Notes under the pieces: model-generated
Database searches by the model: none
Seen by the model: the letters and a program-made list of their open reading frames with translations, nothing else
Told to the model about the DNA's origin: nothing
Translations under genes and position numbers: made by a program
Assembly (NCBI RefSeq): GCF_027921745.1
Contig: NC_079238.1
Location: 2,542,001-2,606,000, forward strand
Length of the DNA stretch: 64,000 nucleotides
Origin: Schizosaccharomyces osmophilus
Taxonomy: Eukaryota
Direction of reading: 5' to 3'
In this document: piece by piece, positions 1 to 11,757 of the stretch
How the letters are laid out: each line of letters starts with the position of its first letter
Numbering within the stretch: the stretch's first letter is position 1

Positions 1-1329
1 AACAACGTAACAACGTGGATTACAAGTTGTACAAGCTCTATACAAAACTGGTACCACAAGAGAAAGTCACCGTTACCGAAGAATACTAAATATCAACTGA
101 TGATCAACGAGTTGCAATGCAATTAAGAGAAATTCGACAGTTTGGAAAGGTCGAAAGAAGGAAATTAGTAAAAAGACCACTTGGAACTAAAGTAATAAGG
201 ATCAATTTTATAGGCCACAAACAGAATGATTGCGCATGTCAATAGTCACTGCAGAACGACGGACTGTAAGCTGTCAGCAAATCCACAATCAAGTTAGTGT
301 TTTTCAAAGCATATGAAATTGATTCTAAAGCTTTTCAACAATTTTTTATTACAAGTAATAATAAAACAAAGCACTCTCGAATGTGCAATTCGTTTATTTA
401 TACTGAAGAATTGCGGTTTTCCAGGTTCAAAGGAAGTGTGTGGTGAAGGGTCCAAATCAGCTGTTAGGACATTCAATGGAGAAGACAAATCCTACGATTA
501 CGTTATCCGGGTAATAGTAAATAAACCAAATAAAAATAGAAATAAATAATAAAAATAAAAATTGAACAATAGTATAAACAAATTCATTGACAAAGGATTC
601 TTTCTAAATAAATAAAGCACTGCGGCTTTTAATTTAAACACAACTGTCTTTAGAGATTGGAAAACCATACAGCTAACAGATTCTTTCAAATATAATTCTC
701 TCTCCTTCTGAAAAGGTATACAGTCGCCAATGGAAAACTGGTTCCCGGGATTTGTTAAACCCAAATCCTTTGCTTTGTCGCCATGACTTGTGCGACTTTA
801 AATTCGGTATAAGCTTTTCAATGGGTTTTTCGTTTTTGCAACACAATTACTTGATGGCTGTCTATTGAAAATGTTTACGACTTTTAATTTAATTTTAGTT
901 TGTTTACATAACACTGATCCAGTTTACGTTAAGTATCGTAATATTCGTTTAATGATATAATAGGGTGCTGAAACGAGCAAGGAATACCTCACATTTATTG
1001 CCATAAAACTACCTACCACAAATACAAGCATAGAAAGGTAGTTGCCCAGCTTTCTATGCGTGTGTACCGTTCATTTATATAGGAAAATTAACACAATAAA
1101 CTTATCGGGTATAATTGTGCTTGCATCAAATTAATTCTGCTCTTGGATCCCTATTTATTCTGTTTTCTTTACTTTTTTCCGTCACTTTATTTTTGGTTAT
1201 TTCGTTTTTATTTCTCGTTTAACTTATTGTTTCAAAATTTGACATCGCCTGCTGAATCCAGTATAGCACATATAGTTCCCTTCTTCTATTGCTTGCTGTT
1301 TCCTTGAATCAAAATACATTATATATAGT

Positions 1330-2505
1330 ATGACGACGCTTCTTCTTACCGTGTTCATTTCTTTGGCTTCACTCGTTCTAGCTTCTCAGCCTCAGCAAAC
1401 CTTTTTGGACCTCCATTCTTCCGATTATGCCATCCCTCTACAATGGAAATGGCTTGGTACTGTAGACATTGATCAAAAGACTGTCTATTTAACGGACAAA
1501 ACTTTTAAAACCAGTGATGACAGGTATGGTGCTCTCTGGGCTAATACGCCTCTTTCAGAAGATAGATGGCAAATGCAAACATCTTATGTTGCCCATGCAA
1601 GCGAGCATGAAGCGGTAAAATTTGGACTTTGGTACACCAATACACCTAGTTCTGAAGGCCCTATTTGTGGCTCTTCTGATGCATGGGACGGTCTTTTGAT
1701 TGAACAAGAAGTAGATCCTACCGGTAAGCTCGTTGTTCGTGCTATATTGAACGATAAATCGATTTCTATGGCTCAGTTATCTGATCCAGATCTGGTAGCA
1801 TTTGCAAAATGCACTTTCGAGGGTATGTCCGATAAGCTTGTATCGACTGATTTGGTTTATGACGAAGAAGATGGTCTTTCATTACTCATCAACCAACAGA
1901 CATGCTTCTCAACAAAAGAGGTTTTGTTGCCTAAAGGCTATTACCTTGGTTTCTCCTCCACAACATCCTCGATGAAACAAAATATTGCCTTATCCAACGT
2001 CAACGTATTCGATTCTAATCATTTTATAACAAAACAACAGCATCTTTTCCAGTCTGAACATCAGGGACGCCAAGAAGCACCTGTCGTTCAAACACATTCC
2101 GAACCCACCGGCAACGTAGAATCGGAAACAATTCGTGCCTTGCAAGCTGATGTACAAAAGCTGTCGTCTGACGCGAGTTCCTTGAATCAAAGGCTAGCGA
2201 GCCTACATGTCACAACGTCCAATTTGTTGGATCGTCTAAACAGTCTTTCCAACAGTCAAGTCTCTAGCGAGAGACTTCAGGAACTTGAGAATCGTTTTAA
2301 AAGTACATTGACTTCCCATTCTCTCAATTCAGAGTCCGTTTCGGACCGTCTAACCAAATTTGAAAAGGATCTTGCAAGTAATGTCGCAAAGTCTTCTTCC
2401 CATGTTAATTTCACCAATGTCCTCATCGTTGTCATTCTTGGTGTCATAGTTTCCTATGGAGTTGTACTCGTTCGCCGAGAACGTCGTCGTTACAAGTACC
2501 TTTAA
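1330..2505 (+). CDS. emp46: L-type lectin ER-Golgi cargo receptor (Emp46/Emp47/ERGIC-53-like)
   Basis: 391-aa ORF with signal peptide, lectin-like domain (GALW, DAWDGLLI, LPKGYYLGFSS), coiled coil, C-terminal TM helix and short basic tail; lies next to rpl25 as in S. pombe. Confidence 0.8.
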   Translation: MTTLLLTVFISLASLVLASQPQQTFLDLHSSDYAIPLQWKWLGTVDIDQKTVYLTDKTFKTSDDRYGALWANTPLSEDRWQMQTSYVAHASEHEAVKFGLWYTNTPSSEGPICGSSDAWDGLLIEQEVDPTGKLVVRAILNDKSISMAQLSDPDLVAFAKCTFEGMSDKLVSTDLVYDEEDGLSLLINQQTCFSTKEVLLPKGYYLGFSSTTSSMKQNIALSNVNVFDSNHFITKQQHLFQSEHQGRQEAPVVQTHSEPTGNVESETIRALQADVQKLSSDASSLNQRLASLHVTTSNLLDRLNSLSNSQVSSERLQELENRFKSTLTSHSLNSESVSDRLTKFEKDLASNVAKSSSHVNFTNVLIVVILGVIVSYGVVLVRRERRRYKYL

Positions 2506-2810
2506 AGTCATGAAACAAAGCCAACGTGTATATATGAATGAATCTTATGGTACCTTTCCTTTCTTTTATTCCTTACAAAATTATAGTTAATGTTAGTTGG
2601 TTGTGAGTATTTATACATTGTACTATTACGATAGTAAAGCGTTTAGCACATATAAACAACATACATCTTCACTTACGACCAACATGGCGCATTCACAAAG
2701 TACGTTCCTTACTGTTTACAAGCCAACTATTTAGCAAGCTTTTAAGCATTAAAAAACAAAAAGCATTTTTATTACGACCATTATTACGCCCTATTCCAAA
2801 TTCAATGTAT

Positions 2811-3376
2811 TTAAAGGAATCCAATGCGGTTAGCGACGTCGAGAGCATCGGCTTCAGCAGAGAGCTTAACGAATGCCTTTTTGGTACCATTGGGACGAAC
2901 CATGGTGTTGATCTTGACAGCATCAACGTCATACAACTTCTTGACGGCACTCTTGATGGTGTTCTTGTTAGCCCGCATGTGAACGCAGAAGACAAGGGTG
3001 TTATCGTCCTCAATCTTCTTCATGGCAGACTCGGAGTTGATGGGGTTGTCAATGATCTTGAATTCGTCAAGACGAGGAGCGTGAGCAACGCTCTTGCGGG
3101 CATACTTGGGCTTGCGAGAAAGCTGAAGAGTTTTAGGTCTATAAGAGAGTTAATACTTGTGTCAAACAAATGATTAAAAAAAGAACAATCTTCCAACTCA
3201 GTCTCGAACACTCAAATTCAACCTCACCAAGTCGATATGAAATCATATTCAAATTTTTCGTTTCCAAATAATACATACCTACGGAAGGTCGTAGAGGTAC
3301 GAACCTTACGAGCAACCTTGTTGTGAATGCCCTTTTGAACGGCCTTTTGTGCTCCTTGTGCTTTGCCAACGCTCAT
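2811..3376 (-). CDS. rpl25: 60S ribosomal protein L25 (uL23), 2 exons, intron 3139-3278
   Basis: Spliced product [16 protein letters not shown]...[16 protein letters not shown]...[29 protein letters not shown] donor, TTAAC branch, TAG acceptor. Confidence 0.97.
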
Positions 3377-3445
3377 TTTAGACTCTGGTAAACACACTAA
3401 TCAGTCTTGGATGTTTCATAACCGCCGTTACTCTTTTCTGAAAAC

Positions 3446-3464
3446 CAGTCACTAACCCTACCCT
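3446..3464 (-). promoter_or_regulatory. Homol D plus Homol E ribosomal-protein promoter elements
   Basis: CAGTCACT (3446-3453, one mismatch to Homol D CAGTCACA) next to ACCCTACCCT (3455-3464, Homol E), about 70 nt upstream of the rpl25 ATG. Confidence 0.85.
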
Positions 3465-3870
3465 GTGTTTAGATTAACGAGTCTTCACTTGGCTACACAA
3501 AACAATTTTATTAGCCTTCGCTTATATCGCCACCATCGCTGACTTTACTGATTTCGGTTTATAATGAGAGTAGCACACAAACATCAAACGTATCCTTCTC
3601 CATTCACATTTTGTCGAACTGATCCTTTGCTAGGGGATTATCGGGTGAATTCTTAAATTAATATTGGGTTTTTTCCTCTTTTGGAAACTTATAAAAAAGC
3701 TGTGAGGATACGATACAGCATATCATAAAAACATCTTGGATTCTTAAAAATTTCGTTGTTTTAACAAAACAACATCTGTATAACATTCATTTCTATCGAT
3801 TGTGAATATAGACTCCGATACATTCTTTTAGCAAATTAAAAAAGTTTGTGTTTCTCCACCCCCAGAAAAA

Positions 3871-5616
3871 ATGAGCGCCAATTTCGAAAAGATCGCTCAC
3901 GTTGCTAGAGGGATGCTGAAGGATCCCTCCAAAAAGTACAAGCCTTTCCAGGGCGTGCATTTGCCTAACCGACAATGGCCTGGCCGTGTTATTACCAAGG
4001 CTCCTCGCTGGCTATCCACCGATTTGCGTGATGGCAACCAAGCTTTGCCTGATCCCATGAATGGCGAGGAAAAGTTAAGGTACTTTAAGCTTCTGTGCAA
4101 CCTTGGTTTTAAGGAAATTGAAGTCGGATTTCCCAGTGCTTCTCAGACAGATTTCGCTTTTGTTCGCCATTTGGTTGAAACTCCTGGTTTGATTCCTGAC
4201 GACGTCACTATTTCTGCTTTGTCACCTTCTCGTGATCATTTGATCACTCGTACTATTGAAGCTCTGCGAGGCTCCAAGAATGCTACTTTGCATTTGTACA
4301 ATGCTGTCTCACCTTTGTTTCGTGACGTCGTTTTCCGCAACTCAAAGCAAGAAACTTTGGAACTTGCAAAGAAGGGTGCAAAGGCCGTCACGATGGCTAC
4401 GAAGCATGCTGCCGAGTCTACCCCAACGAACTGGGGATTCCAATACTCACCTGAAACATTTTCCGATGCCGAACCTGATTTCTCTCTAGAAGTTTGTGAG
4501 GCTGTGAAATCGATCTGGAAACCCACTCTCGCAAAACCCATTATCTTTAACTTGCCTGCTACTGTCGAAATGTCTACCCCTAATACATATGCCGATTTAA
4601 TTGAATACTTCTCCACACAGATCAGCGAGCGTGAAAAGGTTTGCGTATCTCTTCATCCCCACAATGACCGTGGTACTGCTGTAGCTGCTGCCGAACTTGG
4701 CCAATTAGCTGGTGCTGATCGTGTTGAGGGTTGTTTGTTTGGCAATGGTGAACGTACCGGTAACGTTGACTTGGTGACCTTGGCATTCAATTTGTATACC
4801 CAAGGAGTTTATCCAAACTTGGACTTTTCCAAGTTGGATGAAGTAATTCGCATCACGGAAGCTTGTAACAAGATCAACGTCCATCCTCGTCATCCTTATG
4901 CTGGTAACCTTGTTTTTACTGCCTTCTCCGGCTCTCATCAAGACGCTATTTCCAAGGGTTTGAGAGCTTATGACGATCGCAAGGACGTTGACCCTACTTG
5001 GAAGGTACCATACTTACCTTTGGATCCCCACGACGTGAACTCTGAATATGCTGCTATCATCCGTGTCAACTCTCAGTCTGGCAAGGGCGGTGTTGCCTAT
5101 TTGCTGAAGACCAACCGTGGTCTTGACTTGCCTCGTGCCTTGCAAGTTGAGTTTGGTGCGGTTGTGAAGGATTATAGTGACAACAAGGGTAAGGAATTGA
5201 CCATTGGTGAGATCAGCGACTTGTTCAACACCACTTACCTCCTTGAATTCCCTGGTCGCTTCTCCTTGAATGACTATACCTTGAGCAGCAACGGACCTCG
5301 CAGCAAGTCTATTAGCTGCGTGGTTGATGTTAAGGGAAAGAATGCCGGTCGCTGTGTGATTGAAGGTAGTGGCAACGGTCCGATGTCTGCAGTTGTGGAT
5401 GCCTTGCGTCGCCAATTCAATATTGCATTTGATATTGGACAATACTCAGAACATGCTATTGGATCTGGAAATTCAGTTAAGGCAGCTTCTTACGTGGAAG
5501 TCAAATTTAACAACACTTCTTTCTGGGGTGTTGGTATTGATGACGACGTTACTTCCTCTGGTTTGAAGGCTGTTATGTCGGCAATTAGCCGTGCTGCTAC
5601 GGAAGGTGCAAAGTAA
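3871..5616 (+). CDS. leu3: 2-isopropylmalate synthase
   Basis: Motifs STDLRDGNQAL, HPHNDRG, GNGERTGN, SGSHQDAI, RVNSQSGKGG and a C-terminal regulatory domain. Confidence 0.97.
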   Translation: MSANFEKIAHVARGMLKDPSKKYKPFQGVHLPNRQWPGRVITKAPRWLSTDLRDGNQALPDPMNGEEKLRYFKLLCNLGFKEIEVGFPSASQTDFAFVRHLVETPGLIPDDVTISALSPSRDHLITRTIEALRGSKNATLHLYNAVSPLFRDVVFRNSKQETLELAKKGAKAVTMATKHAAESTPTNWGFQYSPETFSDAEPDFSLEVCEAVKSIWKPTLAKPIIFNLPATVEMSTPNTYADLIEYFSTQISEREKVCVSLHPHNDRGTAVAAAELGQLAGADRVEGCLFGNGERTGNVDLVTLAFNLYTQGVYPNLDFSKLDEVIRITEACNKINVHPRHPYAGNLVFTAFSGSHQDAISKGLRAYDDRKDVDPTWKVPYLPLDPHDVNSEYAAIIRVNSQSGKGGVAYLLKTNRGLDLPRALQVEFGAVVKDYSDNKGKELTIGEISDLFNTTYLLEFPGRFSLNDYTLSSNGPRSKSISCVVDVKGKNAGRCVIEGSGNGPMSAVVDALRRQFNIAFDIGQYSEHAIGSGNSVKAASYVEVKFNNTSFWGVGIDDDVTSSGLKAVMSAISRAATEGAK

Positions 5617-6713
5617 AACACGCATTAGAGTCCAATGTACATGATGAAAGAAAAAAAAGAAAAAGGAAAAATAACAAAAATACATTTATAAGTGATTCTT
5701 TCGCTAAAATATTGCTTTCTATTAATTTTTTAATAATTCGAACCGTTTTTGTGCGTATGACTTCTTTGCTGTAGCAAGCAAGCGCAAGGGAGCTCAAAAA
5801 ACTATAATGAAGGAGTACGTGGTCAGTTATTTTTTAATGTGTAGTTTTTACTTCTTTATTTATTAATTTTTTTCTTTTATCTTCTTTTTTTTTTCGGAAT
5901 TCCCTAGATCACTTTACGCTGAAGTGTAGTGGACTAGTTTATGGTAGAGATGAGTAGACGAAGAAAATGATGGAAGGTTTGAAGGTTTGTCTGCTGGGTG
6001 TTGGAAGGATAAGGAAACTTACCCATCAACAAGATAACAGATGGTGGATATATGTGTAAACAGTGATTTTCACGATGAATGAAAAAGGTTGATGAATTTA
6101 TAAACTTTTGATGTAAACTAGATGTTTTGTAGTGAAGAGAAAGTAGAGACAACTAAAGAAACTAAAAACAACAAGAAGCAAAGTGCGTAGGATGGCGGGA
6201 AAAGATCGTATTACAGGGACATCTGTTTAAAAAATATATGCGGAAATTAAGTGAAAGTTGTCGTTACCTATGCTACCTCGGAGTAGTAAAGTCAGCTAAC
6301 CCGTTGCCGATCTTTCATGACGGCCGTTTAATACAGTTTCGCTTAATGGTTTATATTTTTTCCCACCATGGCCGAGGGTAAACAGAGTAGGATGCTTAGC
6401 AGATGCAAAGCATCCTAGAACACACCACTTACTGAGGATGACAGGGAGTGCAATGGCTGGACCAAACCCCGAAACTCAGTCGCAAAGGACTTTAAGAAAT
6501 GTAAGTTTTAAAATAAAAGAAAGAACTTTGCACATATGCTTTGGAAGGCTTGTAAAAGGAGTTAATACATCGGAAAGCAAGAAAGTGTTGTGTAGAGAGG
6601 TGTGGTGAAGAAGAAGAGTTTTTCTTGGTTTAATAAGAAATTTAGAAAAAGAAAGAATACTAACATAGTACAATGATTAGATTCCGAGCACGTCTGCGGG
6701 ATCGTTTCTGACT

Positions 6714-7796
6714 ATGCCTAGGCAATCCAGAGGAAGACGTCGCTTTCGATCCAAGTCGTTTGTTGGACGTACTGCCCAAAAGGCACTTCAAAAGAGTAAA
6801 CAAAGAACGTGGATCGTTCCACTAATTCTTCTTACTATTTGCATCGGATGGTATATATTGGATCCAACAAGAAGCCCGATTCGATACGGGATATTCTTAA
6901 GTTATCCGATTCCGGGCACAAGTCCCTTACAATATGGCAAAGGACCTTTAGATTTAGTGTTTTGTTTGTTTTATGCTTTGGTGTTTAGCTTTACCCGAGA
7001 GTTTATCATGCAAGAAATTTTGGAACCGTTGGGCAAATACTATCATATACACAACCAAGCGAAACTTCGCCGTTTCGAGGAGCAAGCTTACACCTTTCTC
7101 TACTTTAGCGTTATGGGTACTTGGGGCTTGCATATCATGAAGCAGACCCCCATTTGGTATTTCAACACAATTGCATTTTGGGAAGAGTATCCTCACCTTA
7201 CTCACTTTGCCTCGTTTAAAGCATTTTATCTTATTGAAGCTTCCTATTGGATTCAACAGGCTCTAGTTTTGTCTTTGCAATTAGAAAAACCTAGAAAGGA
7301 TTTCAAAGAACTCGTTATGCATCACGTTCTCACGTTGCTTTTGATTGGCTGCAGTTATCTCTTTCATTTTACCTGGATTGGTTTGGCAGTGTTCATTACC
7401 ATGGACACGTCGGACATTCTGCTTGCCTTTACCAAGTGCCTAAATTACCTCAACGTGTCTTTTGTGTATGTATCCTTTTTGGTTTTCGTAGTTTTATGGA
7501 TTTACATGCGCCACTATGTGAGCTTGAAAATTATCTGGGCTGTTTTGACAACCATGGGAACCGTCAATGAATATAAATTCGATTGGTCAGAACAATACTT
7601 TAAGTGTGAGTTTTCACAATACGGTACTGCCTTTTTATTAATATCGCTGCAACTTGTGAACCTTTACTGGTTATTTTTAATTCTTCGCATCGGTTACAGA
7701 GCCTTTACCACTAAAGACACTCATGATGAAAGGAGCGACGACGAGGAGGAATACAGCCCGGAGCCAGAGGGTTCCGATGGTAAGAAGGAAAATTAG
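6714..7796 (+). CDS. lac1: Ceramide synthase (sphingosine N-acyltransferase, TLC domain)
   Basis: Lag1 motif RKDFKELVMHHVLT...DTSD, multiple TM helices, acidic tail DERSDDEEE. Confidence 0.92.
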   Translation: MPRQSRGRRRFRSKSFVGRTAQKALQKSKQRTWIVPLILLTICIGWYILDPTRSPIRYGIFLSYPIPGTSPLQYGKGPLDLVFCLFYALVFSFTREFIMQEILEPLGKYYHIHNQAKLRRFEEQAYTFLYFSVMGTWGLHIMKQTPIWYFNTIAFWEEYPHLTHFASFKAFYLIEASYWIQQALVLSLQLEKPRKDFKELVMHHVLTLLLIGCSYLFHFTWIGLAVFITMDTSDILLAFTKCLNYLNVSFVYVSFLVFVVLWIYMRHYVSLKIIWAVLTTMGTVNEYKFDWSEQYFKCEFSQYGTAFLLISLQLVNLYWLFLILRIGYRAFTTKDTHDERSDDEEEYSPEPEGSDGKKEN

Positions 7797-8357
7797 AGTT
7801 GTTTTACTGTGACGCTCTAGTTATATTTTTCTTCTTAATTTTATTTTTGTGTTTGATCGGGTGTGCTGCTTTATTATTGGATAAGACTGGTATTATTTCG
7901 TTTAGGAAAACATGGAAAAGACGCATGGAAACAACAGAAGAATTTCACATCTCATTTTTGTTGCTTATCACTCAGTACTTTTTCCACGGTACCTGAGTCT
8001 TTGCTTTTGTTTTATTTTTCAGATTAGAACTCGTAAACTGGGGATTCAAAATTTTAGCCTGCAAGCAGTTTTGCTCTTGGTACTATATAGAATGGTTTCT
8101 TACACTGTTGAAATCGGGACAATCAATAGGACATACAATATTTTTAGTCTTTATAGTTTTTTTAGAAATAAAAAAAAAGTTTTTCATTATCATTATTTTA
8201 CAAGGAGATAGGATACGAATCATGAAAACCACTGGATGATGGATTCTAGAAAAGGTATAAAAAAATAAAAACAGAATTCACCAAATCAATCCCATGTATA
8301 TATACGTATGTATACGCTGAAAGCTGAAAGCTGAAAGGAAGAAGGGCATTTGCAGCT

Positions 8358-8759
8358 TTACTCTTTTGTTTCGGATTCCTCAAGCACTTTTTCACTGATC
8401 CAAAGAACGTTATTACAACTAGAAAGGTTTGTTAGCCATAGACTGCATAGACACGGTTAAGAAAAAAAAAAAAAAAAAAAAAAAAGGACCAAGCTGTCAA
8501 GCTTTTCTTCCCAACTAGCAAGCAAAGGAGCCCAAAAGCCTTAAGGGCAGAAACTGACTTACCGGATAAAGATTTCGCCCAAATCACCGGTTTTTTCACC
8601 ATTAACCCATTCTGCAGCATTCAAGAGCTGAAGGTTCATGTAACTATCCACAGATTGGAGTATTCCCTGGTATTCCTGACCCCATTTTAAACGAACGAGC
8701 GCGGGCTTTCCAATGAGCTCCTGCAAAAATGGTTTGGGATTCACTGGGACAAAGGACAT
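8358..8759 (-). CDS. smf1: Sm snRNP core protein F, 2 exons, intron 8419-8562
   Basis: [15 protein letters not shown]...VDSYMNLQL...GEIFIR|CNNVLWI; GTAAGT donor, CTAAC branch, TAG acceptor. Confidence 0.95.
8462..8485. repeat. A24 mononucleotide run inside the smf1 intron
   Basis: 24 consecutive A on the + strand. Confidence 0.9.
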
Positions 8760-9438
8760 TTTTCTACAGCTATCAAGAACAGGTGTCCCTTTCTTGTGCT
8801 CGTGCTTGGAAAAGGTCGTCTTATATTCAACAGCGCTGAAGGAAGGGTAAGTTCAGTTTTTGGTGTATGTGGTATAGTGAGTGTGGACGCGAACACGGTA
8901 AATTTTGATTGAAGTTGTCTTTAGAGAGAAGAAGATGATGAAAATTACTGTTTCATCAAGGGCTTTTTCGTTGACATTCAAAGTCCAATTTTTTAAAAAC
9001 GCTTCGTTTCATATGTTCCTAACATTTTTTATTCTATCTCTACGATGCCATTGCAAATCTGTGTATGGCATACCATGTGCTGTTTACCAATTATGCAATA
9101 CATTTTCAATGTAGAAACCAATGCCGCCGCTTACTTCTTTCACTGTATGTCCATTGAGAAAAAGACCTTTCGTAACAAACAACAAAGCACCCTTTCCAAA
9201 CTACTCTTCTTCATTCGATGCTTTTCTTTGCACATGACCCATTTGTTTATTGTTTACTGCAATCCACTGAAGCACAAGGTACACCCGGAAGGTTCCCTAT
9301 TCACAATTCACGTAAACGCAAGTCGTAGTAGCCAAAACACACACCTTTGAACACAACCATCTTCTTCCATTTACCGATTTATTTCTCGTTAGCATCATCT
9401 TTGGGTCCATTCATCTGTACCTTCTGAATCAAAACATC

Positions 9439-10171
9439 ATGGAAAAAAATCAGACACGAGAAGAACGTTTAAAGATGCTTCGTGAGCGTACGGTACGTTA
9501 AGACGCAAGTTTGAATTCTCTCGAGAACAATGCTAACAAATATGAATTAGAGGCAATCTACTCATGAGAATCGCAAAGAATTGGTAAAAGAAAATGCAAG
9601 AGAAAAAGTGGATCCTTCTCTGGAGCATCGTTTAGAAAGAAAACGTTTGGAGGCAGAAGAGGAATTGGCAAGAATAGAAGCTGAAGATAATGGAGAGGAT
9701 TATGATCGAAAGCGTGCTTGGGATTGGACGATTGAAGAAAGCGAAAAATGGGATCAGCGAATCCGCCGAAAACAGCAAACAAAGAAAGCCGCCGATTTTA
9801 CAGACTACCATGAACAAGCCCAAAAAGATTATATGAAAGGCATACGTGAATTAAAACCCGACCTGCAGAAGTACAAGAGCGAGAAAGAACAGCAAAACGA
9901 CCAGAATTCTATTTCGCTGTATGACGAAGCTGATCGACTTGACTGGGTCAACAACAAACCTAATAAAGAAAAAGTTGACCAGCTCGTTGAGGACCTTCAA
10001 AAGCAAGACATGCGACGACAGAAAAATAACAAACGAAAGGGACAAGGCAACGAAGATCACATTACCTTCATCAATGAGCGGAATCGCAAATTCAACCTCA
10101 AGCTTCAGCGATTCTACTCTAGATACACAAAGAACATCCAAGAAGATTTGGAACGAGGTACAGCTTTATAA
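9439..10171 (+). CDS. syf2: Prp19-complex splicing factor Syf2, intron 9493-9550
   Basis: Motifs [25 protein letters not shown] and C-terminal LERGTAL; GTACGT/GCTAAC/TAG intron. Confidence 0.93.
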
Positions 10172-10422
10172 TTCTTCTTTCTGCTTACTGTTTTCACAAA
10201 CTATTTTGGATATTGGAATAGCGCACTTGAAGGAGGTGCAGCGATATGAAAAATGCTGCAAGAGGCTGGTAGGTTGACCGTTTACATCTCTTTAAATTCG
10301 TTTCCGTGGCTGGTATCATATATTGAGCTGGCCCAGAATCACAAGGTTGGTATAGTATATATATATTTCGTTTTGCAATGCACCTTTATTACTGAATTGC
10401 TTTTGTTGAAACTGGGTCGGAC

Positions 10423-11757
10423 ATGCCGATGTCGAAATTTGCCTCGAAGGTTCAGCTTCCTTCTCCTTTTGCAATCAAGACAAAGTCTTCGGAAAAGGCC
10501 AATCCTACGAATGTTACCATTCATCAGGATAGTCCCATTGGGGAACTGAATACGCTGCACGATATCTCTAAGGATACCCCCTTCCTTGAGGCCGGTAGCC
10601 ATTGGTCTCTTTCATCCGCTTCCAATGCAAGCTCTGAAAGCCTTCTTCCTGATCAAGTTTCTGTGCTTTCTTTCTTAGATTGTCCTGTAGATGACTGTTT
10701 GAGTTTAGCAAATCCGCCCAGCTTACAGAATCCTAGTGAATCCTCAAGTGCACATTCACGGACTTCAAGTAGTTGGAGTGAGAGGCTATCCAAACTTTCC
10801 AAACATTCTCCCAAATCTTCCTTTTCAAGGCATTCTCCGAAACCTTCCGTAACTTCTTCTTCGAATGTTGCAGTTTCCTCAAATAGTTTCAGTAAGCCTC
10901 AGTTTCGTAACCCCAGAACCGAAACGATTACTAAATCGAAGGGCTTCCGAAAACAATTGTCTCGAGCTAAACGCTTGGTGAAGGGAATGTGTGAAAGTGT
11001 AAAACATATAGGTTCCGATGATGATTCAGATTATCTTGCAACCGTTTGCTTTGACAATAAAGAACCCCCAAAGGCGCTATCTACTGTCGATCATGACACC
11101 AATGGTCACACAGAAGACTCTAGCGCTCGTAACTTTGGGCCCGTTGACATTAATAATCTAGATTCTCTGGTAGATTTGGCTATTGCTTTTAAAAAAGAAA
11201 AGAAAATTGAAGATGCCATTGAAATTTTCGAGTTCATTATGCCTCGCATTTCTGCCTCCCATAATTTTGTTCCATACGAATTAGCCGAATCATATAAAAT
11301 TCGAGGCAGTACAAAAGATTTAAAGAGCATATTCCGTTTACATGTGTTAGCTGCATCCTTGGGTCATGAGAAAAGTGCTTTTTTCGTTGGTGACGCTTAC
11401 TTTTATGGCACCTATGGTGCCCACGAAAATACCTTACGGGCTTTGCAGTATTATCATTTGGCAACGGATAAGAACAATCCAGATGCAATGCTGGCATTAT
11501 GCAAACTATATTTAAAGGGCTTACCGGGCCACATTCAAGCGAATAGCCGAAGGGCATTTGAATACGCTCACCGTGCAGCTATGTTAGGGTATGCGCCGGC
11601 CTGCTATGTACTTGGAAAGTTTTATGAAACCGGTATTGGGTGTGAAAAAGATTTAGCCAAGTCTGAAGCTGGATTTCGTGCTGGCCTCGCGAATTTATCG
11701 TGTATAACCGATGCTGACGCTTTACAAATAGCCATGACACTTGTCTTGCTTCAGTAA
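10423..11757 (+). CDS. cfh4: SEL1-repeat chitin synthase regulatory factor-like protein
   Basis: Ser-rich N-terminus and C-terminal Sel1 repeats (AMLALCKLYLKG, ACYVLGKFYETGIG); position matches SPBC3E7.12c from memory. Confidence 0.8.
   Translation: MPMSKFASKVQLPSPFAIKTKSSEKANPTNVTIHQDSPIGELNTLHDISKDTPFLEAGSHWSLSSASNASSESLLPDQVSVLSFLDCPVDDCLSLANPPSLQNPSESSSAHSRTSSSWSERLSKLSKHSPKSSFSRHSPKPSVTSSSNVAVSSNSFSKPQFRNPRTETITKSKGFRKQLSRAKRLVKGMCESVKHIGSDDDSDYLATVCFDNKEPPKALSTVDHDTNGHTEDSSARNFGPVDINNLDSLVDLAIAFKKEKKIEDAIEIFEFIMPRISASHNFVPYELAESYKIRGSTKDLKSIFRLHVLAASLGHEKSAFFVGDAYFYGTYGAHENTLRALQYYHLATDKNNPDAMLALCKLYLKGLPGHIQANSRRAFEYAHRAAMLGYAPACYVLGKFYETGIGCEKDLAKSEAGFRAGLANLSCITDADALQIAMTLVLLQ

Noticed and set aside
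1..1300. Short ORFs and weak minus-strand splice-like signals at the left edge
   Set aside because: No recognisable protein; most simply the promoter or leader of a divergent gene outside the window (kin1 by remembered synteny).
2805..3173. 122-aa + strand ORF opposite rpl25
   Set aside because: Antisense shadow of a highly codon-biased ribosomal protein exon.
4236..5442. 126-aa and 142-aa minus-strand ORFs inside leu3
   Set aside because: Antisense shadows of a biased coding sequence with no independent signals.
8316..8337. GCTGAAA repeated three times downstream of smf1
   Set aside because: Ordinary short slippage repeat.
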